In this document: one piece after another, positions 39,421-51,064 of the stretch
How the letters are laid out: each line of letters opens with the position of its first letter
Position numbering within the stretch: the first letter of the stretch is position 1
Source: Balanoglossus misakiensis
Taxonomy: Eukaryota; Animalia; Hemichordata
DNA: 64,000 bases
Reading direction: 5' to 3'
Assembly: GCA_040954595.2 (NCBI GenBank)
Contig: CM082579.2
Location: 16,158,550 to 16,222,549, forward strand
The notes under the pieces: generated by a model
Database searches by the model: none
What the model was told of the DNA's origin: nothing
What the model saw: only the letters and a program-made list of their open reading frames with translations
Program-made: the position numbers and the translations under genes

Positions 39421-39871
39421 TTATAATGAACACCTATTGCCTTGTCATGAGGGCCATAGCGGCCGTTTATTACACCCGAGGGGCTGTGAGTTACCAGAAT
39501 CACATGCTATTTCCCGAGGCCGCAGGCCGAGGGAAATAGCATATGATTCTGGTAACTCACAGTTACGAGGGGGTAAAAACGGCTGCTATGGCCCGAATAT
39601 AGGCCAGGCTATAGGTGTTTTATAATAAACCTCATGCTAACAGCTGGGAAAATCTTCTCTTGAGGTTGGCAGACGACATCTTCCGCGGTGGCCATTGTGT
39701 CAGACGACGCGACGCTGATTGACGTAACCGAGTCTGCGCACTCACGCTGGTCACGTGACCGGTTTATATTTTTTCTGCTATTTCCCTAGCGGTTCATAGT
39801 CGATTCTATTTTCCTATCACGAGACCGATTCTGGCGAATCGCAACACAGTATTAGCATGAGGTATATTATA
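39421..39871. mobile_element. Chained palindromic element, Crypton-like non-autonomous
   Basis: A ~205-bp palindrome (39421-39628) centred on TTCCCGAGGCCGCAGGCCGAGGGAA, then a second IR TATAATAAACCTCATGCTAA / TTAGCATGAGGTATATTATA. The Crypton label comes from recalled similarity only. Confidence 0.6.
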
Positions 39872-41559
39872 GTGTCATACATGAGAACGTGCGCTTTTCT
39901 TCCTCTCTGGGGCTTGGGTCTGAAGGAAGTTAAAATCCGAACACTCCATAGGGCCCTACGTTTCAAACAATTTACTCGGTCCAATCAGTTGACAAAATGT
40001 ATCAATGTCGAAAGGGAAATACTATTCTCAAAATACATTTTCCTAACGTGTTTCACCAAAGGGCGAAACAGTGAATGTTTATCTAAAAACGGGAACGATG
40101 GCGGATTTTGTTTCTTTGTGACGAGAGTGATGGTACACTTCAATGATTTGTTTTATCTGGCCGATTATCAGAAGACACGTCACCACAAGAGGGCGCACTA
40201 AGAAGTCTATTCGGGAAAGCTGTGAAATAATGAACCTCCCCGCCCCCACCCAAAAAAATGTCCGTTCAATTGAATACAACGCAATAAATACGAAACCCAT
40301 CACCTTTTTGTTTTAAAGCAGTGGTGTGTTTACGCATGTACGTACATTCAATGACAATGGAGTTTGCAAGGAAAAAATGACAAAATAAGTCAAGTGTATT
40401 TATTTCTATATTTCTAGAAATTCATGAAAAACATGTTGGTGATATTTACATAATAATAATCTTAGTCAAAGGCACGCAAGCACTGAACAATACGCTGTCT
40501 GCTCCATTAGCTCCAACTTTTCACTATGTTTTCAGTAATATTGCTCTGTGTATCTGCTGCGGTTTCTAGTATAAACTCCAGAAACATGACAAAATATCCA
40601 GAGTTTAGCTTATCAACACTTCATGTATGTGCATATTCAGTATTATTATTGTGTAAAATTTAAATTCATGTCCGAACTAGAATTCATTTGTCAACAGTGA
40701 TAACAATGGCCGTTACACATACACAGGCAATGTTAATGATTTGAGTATTTGGTACTACATGTATATTAAAGTGATGTTTGGAGTAAAACAAGAAATTGCA
40801 ATTTTTACACAAAATTAAAATACTGAAAATAAAGCTAAATGTTACAGATTTTCATCCAGTGGAATTCTCCTGCATGTAAAAGTTGCTTTACTGGCAAAAA
40901 GTCGAGTGGGTGCGTAGTGAGGGCTTTTGTTATGTATTTTATTGTCCTGATGAAATGCGCCAGGACATAGACTGAGCTAATATTTATTATCGGATGATTT
41001 TGTCTAATATTTATTTTCGGATAATATTGTCTAAGTTGTCTAATATGGGGGTCACACACACCATTAAGACGGTTCTGAAACGTCTCAGATCACATACTGT
41101 CTTAAAAAAACATGTGTGGACGGTGTATAGTGGTTCTGAAACGGCTTAGATTTGAGACGGCTTTGCCCGTCAGACCTGATCCGGTGTAAGGATTAAAACC
41201 TCTCTGCAATCCATTGTCTTTGGGACTGAGCCTCAGCGCATATACATAAACTTTGTGTGTGTGAACACAAGGCGACTCAAACGATTAATGCTCTGTGTTT
41301 ACCATAGGCAAATAGCCTCTCAATTTTTTTCGTGTATGAACCTGGTAAAAGGTAGAGCGTGTCAGTAGCATGAAACATGTGTAATTACACTATGTGTGGC
41401 GCTTTGGAAGGCATATCATTGATGTCAGTGCATCTATACAAAGTTGCTGGGTCATATGAATTGTTGTATGCCAGCAGTGACATGGTAAAGAATTTGAACA
41501 ATCAAAAATAACTTTACAAGAGCGCTACGCAGTCTTGGAAGGCTGTTTCTGATTGGTAA

Positions 41560-43188
41560 GGGAGCATTCGTTTTTTACAGGGAGGGGGGGGGGGCGGTGG
41601 AAATCAGGGGGGGGTTTACTTTTACAAAGCAGTTTTTAGGGGGGGGGACAAATTTTATAATCAATGGTTTGAGGGGGGACAATTTTTACAACAGATTTGT
41701 ATGGAATTATAGCAAAAAACAACAGAATTGACCGTAAAGTATATAAAATAGAATACGAACATGTCTTTATTCTGTGTGATCAGGTGACAACAAGTACACT
41801 TTTGATCACAAAAATAACATTTTCAGGCTGTATCATGGCAATATACAGAAACAGTGAACTATGTGAGCTGAAAGTTTCTGACCTAGACATGTACATGAAC
41901 ATACATAAATTGACAACAGAGAAAAAGATGCTGAAAAGAAGACAAACTGAAAATAGTTGAAGCGCACATTGGCCGGAAACTGTGTCAAACAACTCTGGAA
42001 AGTCTCAGAGTAAACCATGAGAGGGACAAAGAGGAGGATGAGCAGGAGGATGAAGAGGATGACTTGGATGAGGACAGTGAACCAGAAGATGAGCATGAAG
42101 TGATAGGTGAACAAGGTGATTCAGAGGAAAGTGACTCAGAAAGTGATAGCGGCGACATTGAAAGTGAACTCTTTCACGTAAGGCTGCATTCACAAACACC
42201 TCTGGAGGGGGGGGGCAGGAGAATTGAGGGGGGGATTTGAAAAAATTGAGGGTATGTAAGGGGGGATTTGAAATAATTTAGGGACTGAAAGGGGGGGACT
42301 TGAAAACTTTGACGACAAAATATTTATTTTGAGTCCATAAAAATGCAGTTTCGCGCCCTTTATTTTACCCACCCCCTCCATTCATCAGCACCTTTCAATC
42401 ATTGACTGGTTTATCTAGTGTCCCAGGTCAGGGGATTTGCCCCACCCCATGATAACTTTGAGCGGCGACGGTTAAATTTCTCCTCCCCAACATACCGGTA
42501 GTTGAGTTAATTTGCTTTTGCCGGGTTCATTAAAATGCAGCTTTGAGCTCTGTATTTTATAAAATTTTCTTACGTGGGAGAGGGATACCCCCTCCCAATC
42601 CCACTCCCTTCAATTCTCGGTTTACAATGTCTCCCAACACAGAATACAAATACTTAAAAATAAAAACAATGTTCAGTGAGGGGGTACATCAGTTTCAAAT
42701 TCTTTTCATGGGAGCGCTGTTTTTTCTTTTTTCTACAAGATAGATAGGTGATGTGTTTTGCTCTGTGAAAGAAAATGGGTGGGGGGGGGATTTCAAAATT
42801 TTGGCAGTTCGGAAGGGGGGATTTGAAAATTAGCGGTAAAAAAATTGAATTCTCCCGTCCCCCCCCCCCTCCAGAGGCGTTTGTGAATGCAGCCTAACAA
42901 GATCAGGCAGACAATGCACTACTTGGAAATCAAGGAACTATGTAGACTAGGTTTCATGGCTGATTATGTGGTATGTCGAACATACACCAATATCTGACAA
43001 AGTTTGATAAGTTTAATCCGGTGGATAAACTTTTTTTTTTGGGGGGGGGTCACATTTTACAATTGAAGAATTTAGGGGGGGGGGGCACATTTTAGAAAAG
43101 TAATTTCGAGGGGGGGTTGCCTTTTACATTTAGTCGGCGACTCAAATTTCACCGCCCCCCCCCCTCCCTGTAAAAAACGAATGCTCCC
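41560..43188. mobile_element. PIF/Harbinger-type MITE (outer) carrying a coding fragment
   Basis: ~45-bp TIRs GGGAGCATTCGTTTTTTACAGGGAG(G)nCGGTG; TSD TAA at 41557-41559 and 43189-43191. Confidence 0.88.
42182..42894. mobile_element. PIF/Harbinger-type MITE nested in the outer MITE
   Basis: TIRs GGCTGCATTCACAAAC(A/G)CCTCTGGAG(G)n; TSD TAA at 42179-42181 and 42895-42897. Confidence 0.9.
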
Positions 43189-43546
43189 TAAGATTTGAGA
43201 CAGCTCAATCTGCATGTTATCAACAACTGCGTTCAGTTTGTTTCACCTGTTGTTATATCCTGTTGTTATATCCAGGATTGTTGTTGCTACCCTTATTTAT
43301 ACCCCTATAAATAGGGGTAGCCAAATGGCGGCGTTCATTGTGTAATTGACTCTGAAGGAGGCAACACGCGGACACACGCTCCTGAGAATGCATGATTTTC
43401 CGAAGTTTTCGACCACAAAATCCTTCACAATGCATACAAATTCCACCATGAATATGTATCCTACCGATTTATGGCGTAAATTCCCCAGAGAGACGCAAAT
43501 CAGGGGCGATTTTCAGCATTTATTGGCGTCGATGGTAACCGCTTAA

Positions 43547-43851
43547 AGCCCCTAGAGCTGCCAAATTTCACGGATTTTCTTCCACAGTAAAACACTTCAA
43601 ATATATTCCCTATCCTCTAAAATCCTCACCATTAAGCCATATTACTTGCATTTGCATCAGTTTGTCATCTCTTGGTGATGCATACCACGATAGCTGCGTA
43701 CTGTTTGTATGGAGGCTGATTAAACTGTTTTAATACATAGCATTTTCAAATCGCTACATACAGCCATAATCGGGCATCGGTAAAGTGTTCACATATACCT
43801 CAGTAAAATAAAATTGTGAAAATAATGCAAAAAGTGGCAGCTATAGAGGCT
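43547..43851. mobile_element. Kolobok-type MITE
   Basis: TIRs AGCCCCTAGAGCTGCCA / TGGCAGCTATAGAGGCT (2 mismatches), purine-purine 5' end, TTAA on both sides. Confidence 0.78.
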
Positions 43852-45288
43852 TTAATGTATTTCCCCATCTTTTAGGTCTCCATTTTGATTCACAATTTCA
43901 TGTCAACAAGTTCACATTCTACCACCACATCACATCTACACATCAACTATCACTGTGATAGAAGCTACCATTTTCAATTTAAAGATATACAGTCACCGCC
44001 AATTTACATACACCCATATATGGCTGAAATAGAGTATTTGCGGGTTCTAAATAACATATGGCGGCGCTCTTTTTTTCGCATGTGCCACCCACTGAAAATC
44101 CGTGATTGGCTAGATCTCAAGTTAACGTGGTAACTGTAGCTAAATTTCCATAGGTGACCGTATACCTTCTCTACACGTACTGTTGACTGACACACACAAT
44201 CCCCTAACTCTCAACACATACATACAAAGACCCAACCCACTCCACATGTAGTCACCATGGCCATGCCACCTGGCCTGCAGGCTACCACATCCAAAAGCAT
44301 ACACACACAATACATGTCAATTTTACATGAGAAGCGGCTCATGTACTTTATTCTAAACTTGAATGATATATAAACTGAAAATTTACCCCGCACCAAAACC
44401 CAGAGATAAAACCCTTTTTTCAGGATAAGGGGAAAAAACTCTGGGAAAGCGTAGGTAATTCACCAACTTTACAAAAAATTATATTTCTAAATTCATGCCT
44501 CTTTGAAAACCCTACTTTCAAGTTAAGATGCTAATCTGTTACACAAAATAGCAGGTTCACAGAAAGAAAATGTTGGAAGTTTAACAATACCAAGCAAAAT
44601 TTGGTATTGTAGGTCTAAACTAAAACTGACAAAAATTAATATTTCATCTCTGAATGAATAAAGTGTTCTCAATAAATCATAATAGGTTTGGTGTTACACT
44701 GTTCTAAATGTAGCATTTACAATTAAAGGGCAACTACCTGTAATTTTTGGTACAGAATTGTTAATATTGACAAATGCATTCAATTGACTTGAATACAATT
44801 GTTAACAATAACAATGCTGATTATGCATACCAGAAATCGTGGTGCATAAATAGACCAAAATTACGTACTGAAAAATTTGTCAAATGTAACACATAGTGGA
44901 CCTTAATGTCTATGAGAATAAATCTCAAACAATGTCACGTGAACGTAAAATCTTAAATTTCATATTAAAATACAAAAAGAATAAAGTCATACTATTGAAC
45001 ACTGCACACAGTTGAGTCTAAAGTGACTAATGTACTGGGGGCGATCCCAAACAGAAACGGGTCATATAGTCATAAATATCCCCCACCCTTATAAAGACCC
45101 CTTTCTCCTTGGGATGGCTCCTGTGATAAAATGAAACTGTGCTGGACTTGAAGAGATATACGCAGGAAACCTCATCAGTTACAGCCACTGCGAAGACTTC
45201 ATTAATGATCCCCCAAAATTGGGGGGGAAATGTAGATGAATGTTGAAATCTTCAAAAGCAAATTGAAAGTATTTTACTGTCAGAAAAG

Positions 45289-46395
45289 TGTAAATAATGT
45301 GTTGCCTGTAAGCCATGATGCATGATCTCCATGCCATTCAATTTATGAGCATTTTTACTGATTTACTACCCTCCCCCCGAAATACAAACATAACAATTAT
45401 GAATATATGGCTTCTGCAAACACATTATTTAGCAAATTAAAATCTTATCTGATAAAGTCACTTGAAAATGTGAAAGACCCTCTTAAATTAAGGAAAAAAA
45501 GAATGTTCAAATGTAAAATAACTGAAAACTAAATGTGTATAAAATAGAGAAAACTTCTTGAAAAGAAGTATATCATTGTAAATAATGTGTTGCCTGTAAG
45601 CCATGATGCATGATCTCCATGCCATTCAATTTATGAGCAAATTTACTGATTTACTAGCCTCCCCCCGAAATACAAACAAAACAATTATGAATTTATGGCT
45701 TCTGCAAACACATTATTTAGCAAATTAAAATCTTATCTGATAAAGTCACTTGAAAATGTGAAAGACCCTCTTAAATTGAGGAAAAAGAGGAATGTTAAAA
45801 TGTAAAATAACTGAAAACTGAATGTATATAAAACTTCTTAAACAGAAGTATATCATTGTAAATAATGTGTTGACTGTAAGCCACGATGCATGATCTCCAT
45901 GCCATTCAATTTTTTAGCGAATTTACTGCCCCCCCCCCCCCAAAAAATACAATCAAAACAAAACAATTATGAATACATGGCTTCTGCAAACACATTATTT
46001 ATGTTCTTATAAAGGAAATTTTCATCAATAAAATCAAAGGACTGCAAACACTCAGACGATGCATAAATACTTGGCAATGTCAAGCCAAAGCAAATTACCT
46101 CGTCTGATACAGCCATTGGAAAAAAGTTCATTAAAGACCCTCGAACATTGAGGAAAAAGGCTAAAGATGTGCGTTTAAATAACTCAAAACTAAAAGTGTA
46201 TAAAATAAAGAAAACTCCACAATGTGAAGTTTTTTTATTGTCCACAAAGTTTAAATAATGTGTTGCCTGTAAGCCATGTTGCATAGGCTCAATGCTATTC
46301 AATTTAAGAGCAAATTCACCAATATACCCCCCCCCCCCCGCCAAAAAAAAACAATTATGCCTATATGGCTACTGCAAACACATTATTTATGTATT
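45289..46395. repeat. ~285-bp tandem repeat, about 3.5 copies
   Basis: TAAATAATGTGTTG(C/A)CTGTAAGCCA at 45291, 45579, 45859 and 46252. Confidence 0.88.
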
Positions 46396-47159
46396 TAAAA
46401 AGAAAAAAATTCATCAAAAATCAAAGCACTATAAACCTAGTAATCACACAATGCATATACATGCAACGATGCAAATGCATTAAAAGTGTGATATGAAAAT
46501 ACTTAATTATGTCAAGTAAAGGCAAAATCATTAAGGTAATATTAAAGAACCTACTTGTGCACTGAGTCTGTTGATTGGGGCCGTCGTTGTGTGGGACTCG
46601 CTAGCAATGTGGGGAAAATCTATTGATTATCGACAGACTCAGTGGGCAAGACGTGACCATAAAATAGATATACCAACATATCTAACTGTTGAATACTACG
46701 CAAACAAAAAAACCCCAACTAATGAACTGATCCCAGGAAACTACACTGGACTTGAAGGATCTATTGCATGTTTTAGAGGACTTGAAGTATTTATTGAAAT
46801 ATTTTTCTCATCATGAAATTAAGTTAGTCATGCTAAACTATGGTATTATAAAACATATTGCAATTGAAACCTTCTCATCTGTTATAGCCATTGGAAAAAT
46901 TCATTAAAGACATACCCTAAAAACATAGGAAAAAGAACACAGACAGATAATAAAATCCTAAAAATTTTAAAATGCACACACATACATACCGTATTCTTTA
47001 TTTATAATATGGGAAAGTACAACGGAGCAAGCGACAGACGCACGCGCGCGCGCGCGCAAAAACATAAATTGCTTGAAGACGGACTGCAATCTTGGGATTC
47101 TTGGGATCTTGTAGAGAACCAGCTTCATCAGATGACCAAAAACATCCTAGGCGCGGAAA

Positions 47160-48070
47160 GAACACAACCATGGCAAACACAGAGGCCAGAATGTGATGAG
47201 AGAGTAGTCACAGACACCCAAAAATGTCGACAATTCGAATATGAATTCGAAAACACAACCACGGCAAACACAGAGGCCAGAATGTGACGAGAGAGTAGTC
47301 ACAGACACCCAAAAATGTTGACAATTCGAATATGAATTCGAAAACACAACTACGGCAAACACAGAGGCCAAAATGTGACGAGATGTAGTCACAGACACCC
47401 AAAAATGTCGACAATTCGAATAAGAATTCGAAAACACAACCACGGCAAACACAGAGGCCAAAATGTGACGAGATGTAGTCACAGACACCCAAAAAGGTTG
47501 ACAATTCGAATATGAATTCGAAAACACAACCACGGCAAACACAGAGGCCAAAATGTGATGAGAGAGTAGTCACAGACACCCAAAAATGTCGACAATTCGA
47601 ATAAGAATTCGAAAACACAACCACGGCAAACACAGAGGCCAGAATGTGACGAGAGAGTGGTCACAGACACCCAAAAATGTTGACAATTCGAATAAAAATT
47701 CGAAAACACAACCACGGCAAACACAGAGGCCGAAATGTGACGAGAGAGTAGTCACAGACACCCAAAAATGTTGACAATTCGAATAAGAATTCGAAAAAAC
47801 AACCACGGCAAACACAGAGGCCAGAATGTGACGAGAGAGTAGTCACAGACACCCAAAAATGTCGACAATTCGAATATGAATTCGAAAACACAACCACGGC
47901 AAACACAGAGGCCAGAATGTGACGAGAGAGTAGCCACAGACACCCAAAAATGTCGACAATTCGAATAAGAATTCGAAAACACAACTACAGCAAACACAGA
48001 GGCCAGAATGTGACGAGAGAGTAGTCACAGACACCCAAAAATGTCGACAATTCGAATAGGAATTTGATAA
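47160..48070. repeat. 91-bp minisatellite, about 10 copies
   Basis: AACACAACCACGGCAAACACAGAGGCCAGAATGTGACGAGAGAGTAGTCACAGACACCCAAAAATGTCGACAATTCGAATATGAATTCGAA repeated; some copies are 89 bp. Confidence 0.96.
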
Positions 48071-48114
48071 CACAACACAGAGAGTACTCCGAGACATCCA
48101 ACAATTTTGGAAAT

Positions 48115-48156
48115 ATACATACATACATACATACAGACAGACAGACAGACAGACAT

Positions 48157-48191
<35 letters not shown>

Positions 48192-48495
48192 TACATACAT
48201 ACATACATACATACATACATACATACATACATACATACATACATACATACATACATACATACATACATACATACATACATACATACATACATACATACAT
48301 ACATACATACATACATACATACATGCATACATACATACACACACACACACACGGGTACATGCAAACATACAACGACACAAATAAATATATAAATAAATGA
48401 ATGAATGAACGAGTGAATGAATGAATGAATAAATGTATGTATGTATGTATGTATGTATGTATGTATGTATGAATGAATGGATGGACGGATGAATA
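48115..48495. repeat. Compound microsatellite (CATA)n/(CAGA)n/(CA)n followed by (GAAT)n/(GTAT)n
   Basis: Directly visible in the sequence. Confidence 0.97.
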
Positions 48496-48578
48496 AATGT
48501 ACAATACTAGTAAATCATGCCTATATCCAGTACATTCTGGAAAAATGACCGTCCAAGTTTATAGAGAGAGAGAGAAGT

Positions 48579-48659
48579 GCCTTTCTCACGTGCCGTCAAC
48601 GCCGCCCTAGCACCGCCGCTAGGGCGGCGTTAATTTGTAAGTGCCACGTGTGAAAAGGT
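48579..48659. other. GC-rich hairpin with a 14-bp perfect stem inside short inverted arms
   Basis: AACGCCGCCCTAGC-accgcc-GCTAGGGCGGCGTT (48598-48631), flanked by CCTTTCTCACGTG / CACGTGTGAAAAGG. Confidence 0.7.
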
Positions 48660-50202
48660 GAGAGCGGCCCTGCGCCGCTCTTTTTTTGTGACGGTGTTGA
48701 GGGGTGGGACCTGGGTCGGGGCGCCGCACTAAACAGCGATTCAAATCACGTGTGAACAGAAACACCGCACTAAACGCCGATCTAAACGCACTCTGCCGAC
48801 GCGGTTTGAGGGGATACAAGTGGCAGTTTCTAATGAGCTTGCATGTAAAATTACCCCTCTGAAAAGAGCGATGTTTAGCACCTTGCTTAGTCAACGGTCA
48901 ATTTGCCTTGTTGCTGATGGTCATCAGTAAAATGAGGAGCCCCAAAACCTACAGGCAAAGCCTTGAGGTAGTCGGAACTTACTGCAGCTGGGGCTCTGCT
49001 GAAAAAATTGAGACGCCCAGTGGAAGTGGTAGTGAAACTTGTAGCAAAGTTCATGGTGATAATTGCTAGGCAACTAGGTCTTGCCATTGTCTGGCTAAAA
49101 ATACATCCCTGTGCGTGAATAAATTAAAAACGTCTTTGTCCCAAGGGACCAACTCAAAGCGTTCCCACATCCTGATATGCTTTTACTACTAGCATGGAGT
49201 CATGCTACTAGTATATTACGCACTGGTTTCAAAGCTGTAAGACTCACAGGCGGTACCGTAGAAGCGCTTATACTTATAGGATGACTGTACAAAAACTGGA
49301 AAAGTGTGGATTTTCTCGGATCTTCCATTTATTTGATGTGGAACAACAAATGGGACAAGTGGCGAAATGTGTCCTTGATTTTCAATCGCACCATGAAGCC
49401 TATTTGAACCTAATTTGCATAAATGTCCGAGGGGGTGTTCTGGCACTTTGACTCATTTTTACCCGCATTGTTTCATCTTTTTGTAAAGAATAATTATTTT
49501 TTCCTGGTCGAACCGAAGGATAGATTACGGTATACGCTGTTTGGGTATAAGTCCAGAGCTACATATACAGTAAACACATCACTGAATCCGCCATTGTGAC
49601 CTTTAGCCACTCTGCTGTGGACGCATTGAGTGCGGTGACCCCGTCCCTTTTATACACATGTGAATGCAAAACTATTTGAGTCGCTGATAAGAAATGTTTA
49701 CCAACTTTTATAATCCAAAAAAGGGCGCCCTAATCATTGCACGTGTGCAAGCGACTAGAGAGAGCCAGTCAAAAAATGTTCAATGTTGGTCAACTGTTCA
49801 TTGTCATAATTGCTTTCTGTATCAATACAGGACTAATGCTGTAAACCCTTTGTATTCTGTTTACCATTCGGCTTTAATATCTTAACTTGACTTTTTCTTT
49901 ATATGTGGGTGCAATTATGCTACAAAGCTAAACAGTAAACCCCTGAAGGCTGCTGTACCCTGTGCAATTAACGTAAATTTACACTAAGTGCTTAATACAT
50001 GCAATGCTTATTGTGCCTATAGGATTCAACAACCTTCAGGTTATGCTGAATAAATCATGGTGATAATTTAGCAGTGTTGGCAAACTGAAGTGTACAATTT
50101 AGTTTTAACCTACTTAAACCCTCTCTCTCTGACACAATGACAAAAAATGCTATCAGAATAATACATTTGTAATACAGATCATATAAATGAGGAAGGGATT
50201 GA

Positions 50203-50350
50203 TTAATGTTCAATTTCGTCCCGTGGGAGAAGTTCTATTCTTGGAATGACGATGGAATCAAAGTCAGTAAAATAAAGTCATCCTGGAAGGAAACTTCTCT
50301 GCATCCGATTCACTGGGGCTTCTGCATTCATACATGTATCCTCTTCTTGC
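50203..50350 (-). pseudogene. Putative terminal exon of an unidentified gene, with an in-frame TGA
   Basis: Acceptor tctttctgtgcatag| then QEEDTCMNAEAPVNRMQRSFLPG*LYFTDFDSIVIPRIELLPRDEIEH*. No homolog recognised. Confidence 0.3.
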
Positions 50351-51064
50351 CTATGCACAGAAAGACGACATAACACTCACCTTGTATTGATTGATTGATT
50401 ACAGCAAATAAGAGACATTCAACATTCACACAGAAAGGAAAATATGCTCCTGTCAAACACTGAACATGGGTAAAAAAGGGGCCCAGGATGTGACAACATC
50501 TGATCAGGTCACTTCTTGATCACTATGTAATATGGTGGTAGAACACACTTGGGCCCCACTTTTGTATTTTTGTCTGGCGTGACACTCCCTTAAAACTCTA
50601 CCAAATGAAGATAAGCCCGCGTCAAAAGAGTGAATTGAAGTCCGCGAAACTACAAGTTAAAAAATCTGCTGTTTTTCATCAGGCAATGAACTGGTTGAAT
50701 GCATATTGGAAGAGAAAGCAATAGGATGGATTGGACATCAGTTACAGTATTCCGAGTATGGCGTTGACTCCTCTCTCTGTACAGTAATTATGAATAAGTG
50801 GAAAGACCAGCTGTGGGCATAAATGCTATAAAATCAGACCCAGTTCATCATGCATTGCTGGATGAATATTTATCCCGACTGAAGCACACAGTATATACCG
50901 ACCATGTGCACTTCCAGTGTTTTTATATAATATGGATGTGTATAGGAGCATTTCAGGGGGTGGGGTGGGGGGGGGGGGGGTTGCTATCAAGTAGGGGGGG
51001 GCTTGCTATCAAGTAAAATGAAGGAATGCATCGACTTTTATTATCAGTGGCCCGTAAGGTTAAT

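Noticed and set aside
47160-48070. CRISPR-like regular array
   Set aside because: No unique spacers and no cas genes, in a eukaryotic context; this is a plain minisatellite.
50130-50280. Selenoprotein reading of the in-frame TGA (50278-50280) with an ATGA..AAA..GA motif just 3' of the stop
   Set aside because: The putative SECIS helix II is short and mismatched, and the partner exon has a TAA. CGA-to-TGA decay is simpler. SECISearch3 would be decisive.
50560-50925. Possible Gypsy RNase H remnant (VYTDH)
   Set aside because: A single short motif with no supporting RT, integrase or LTR sequence.
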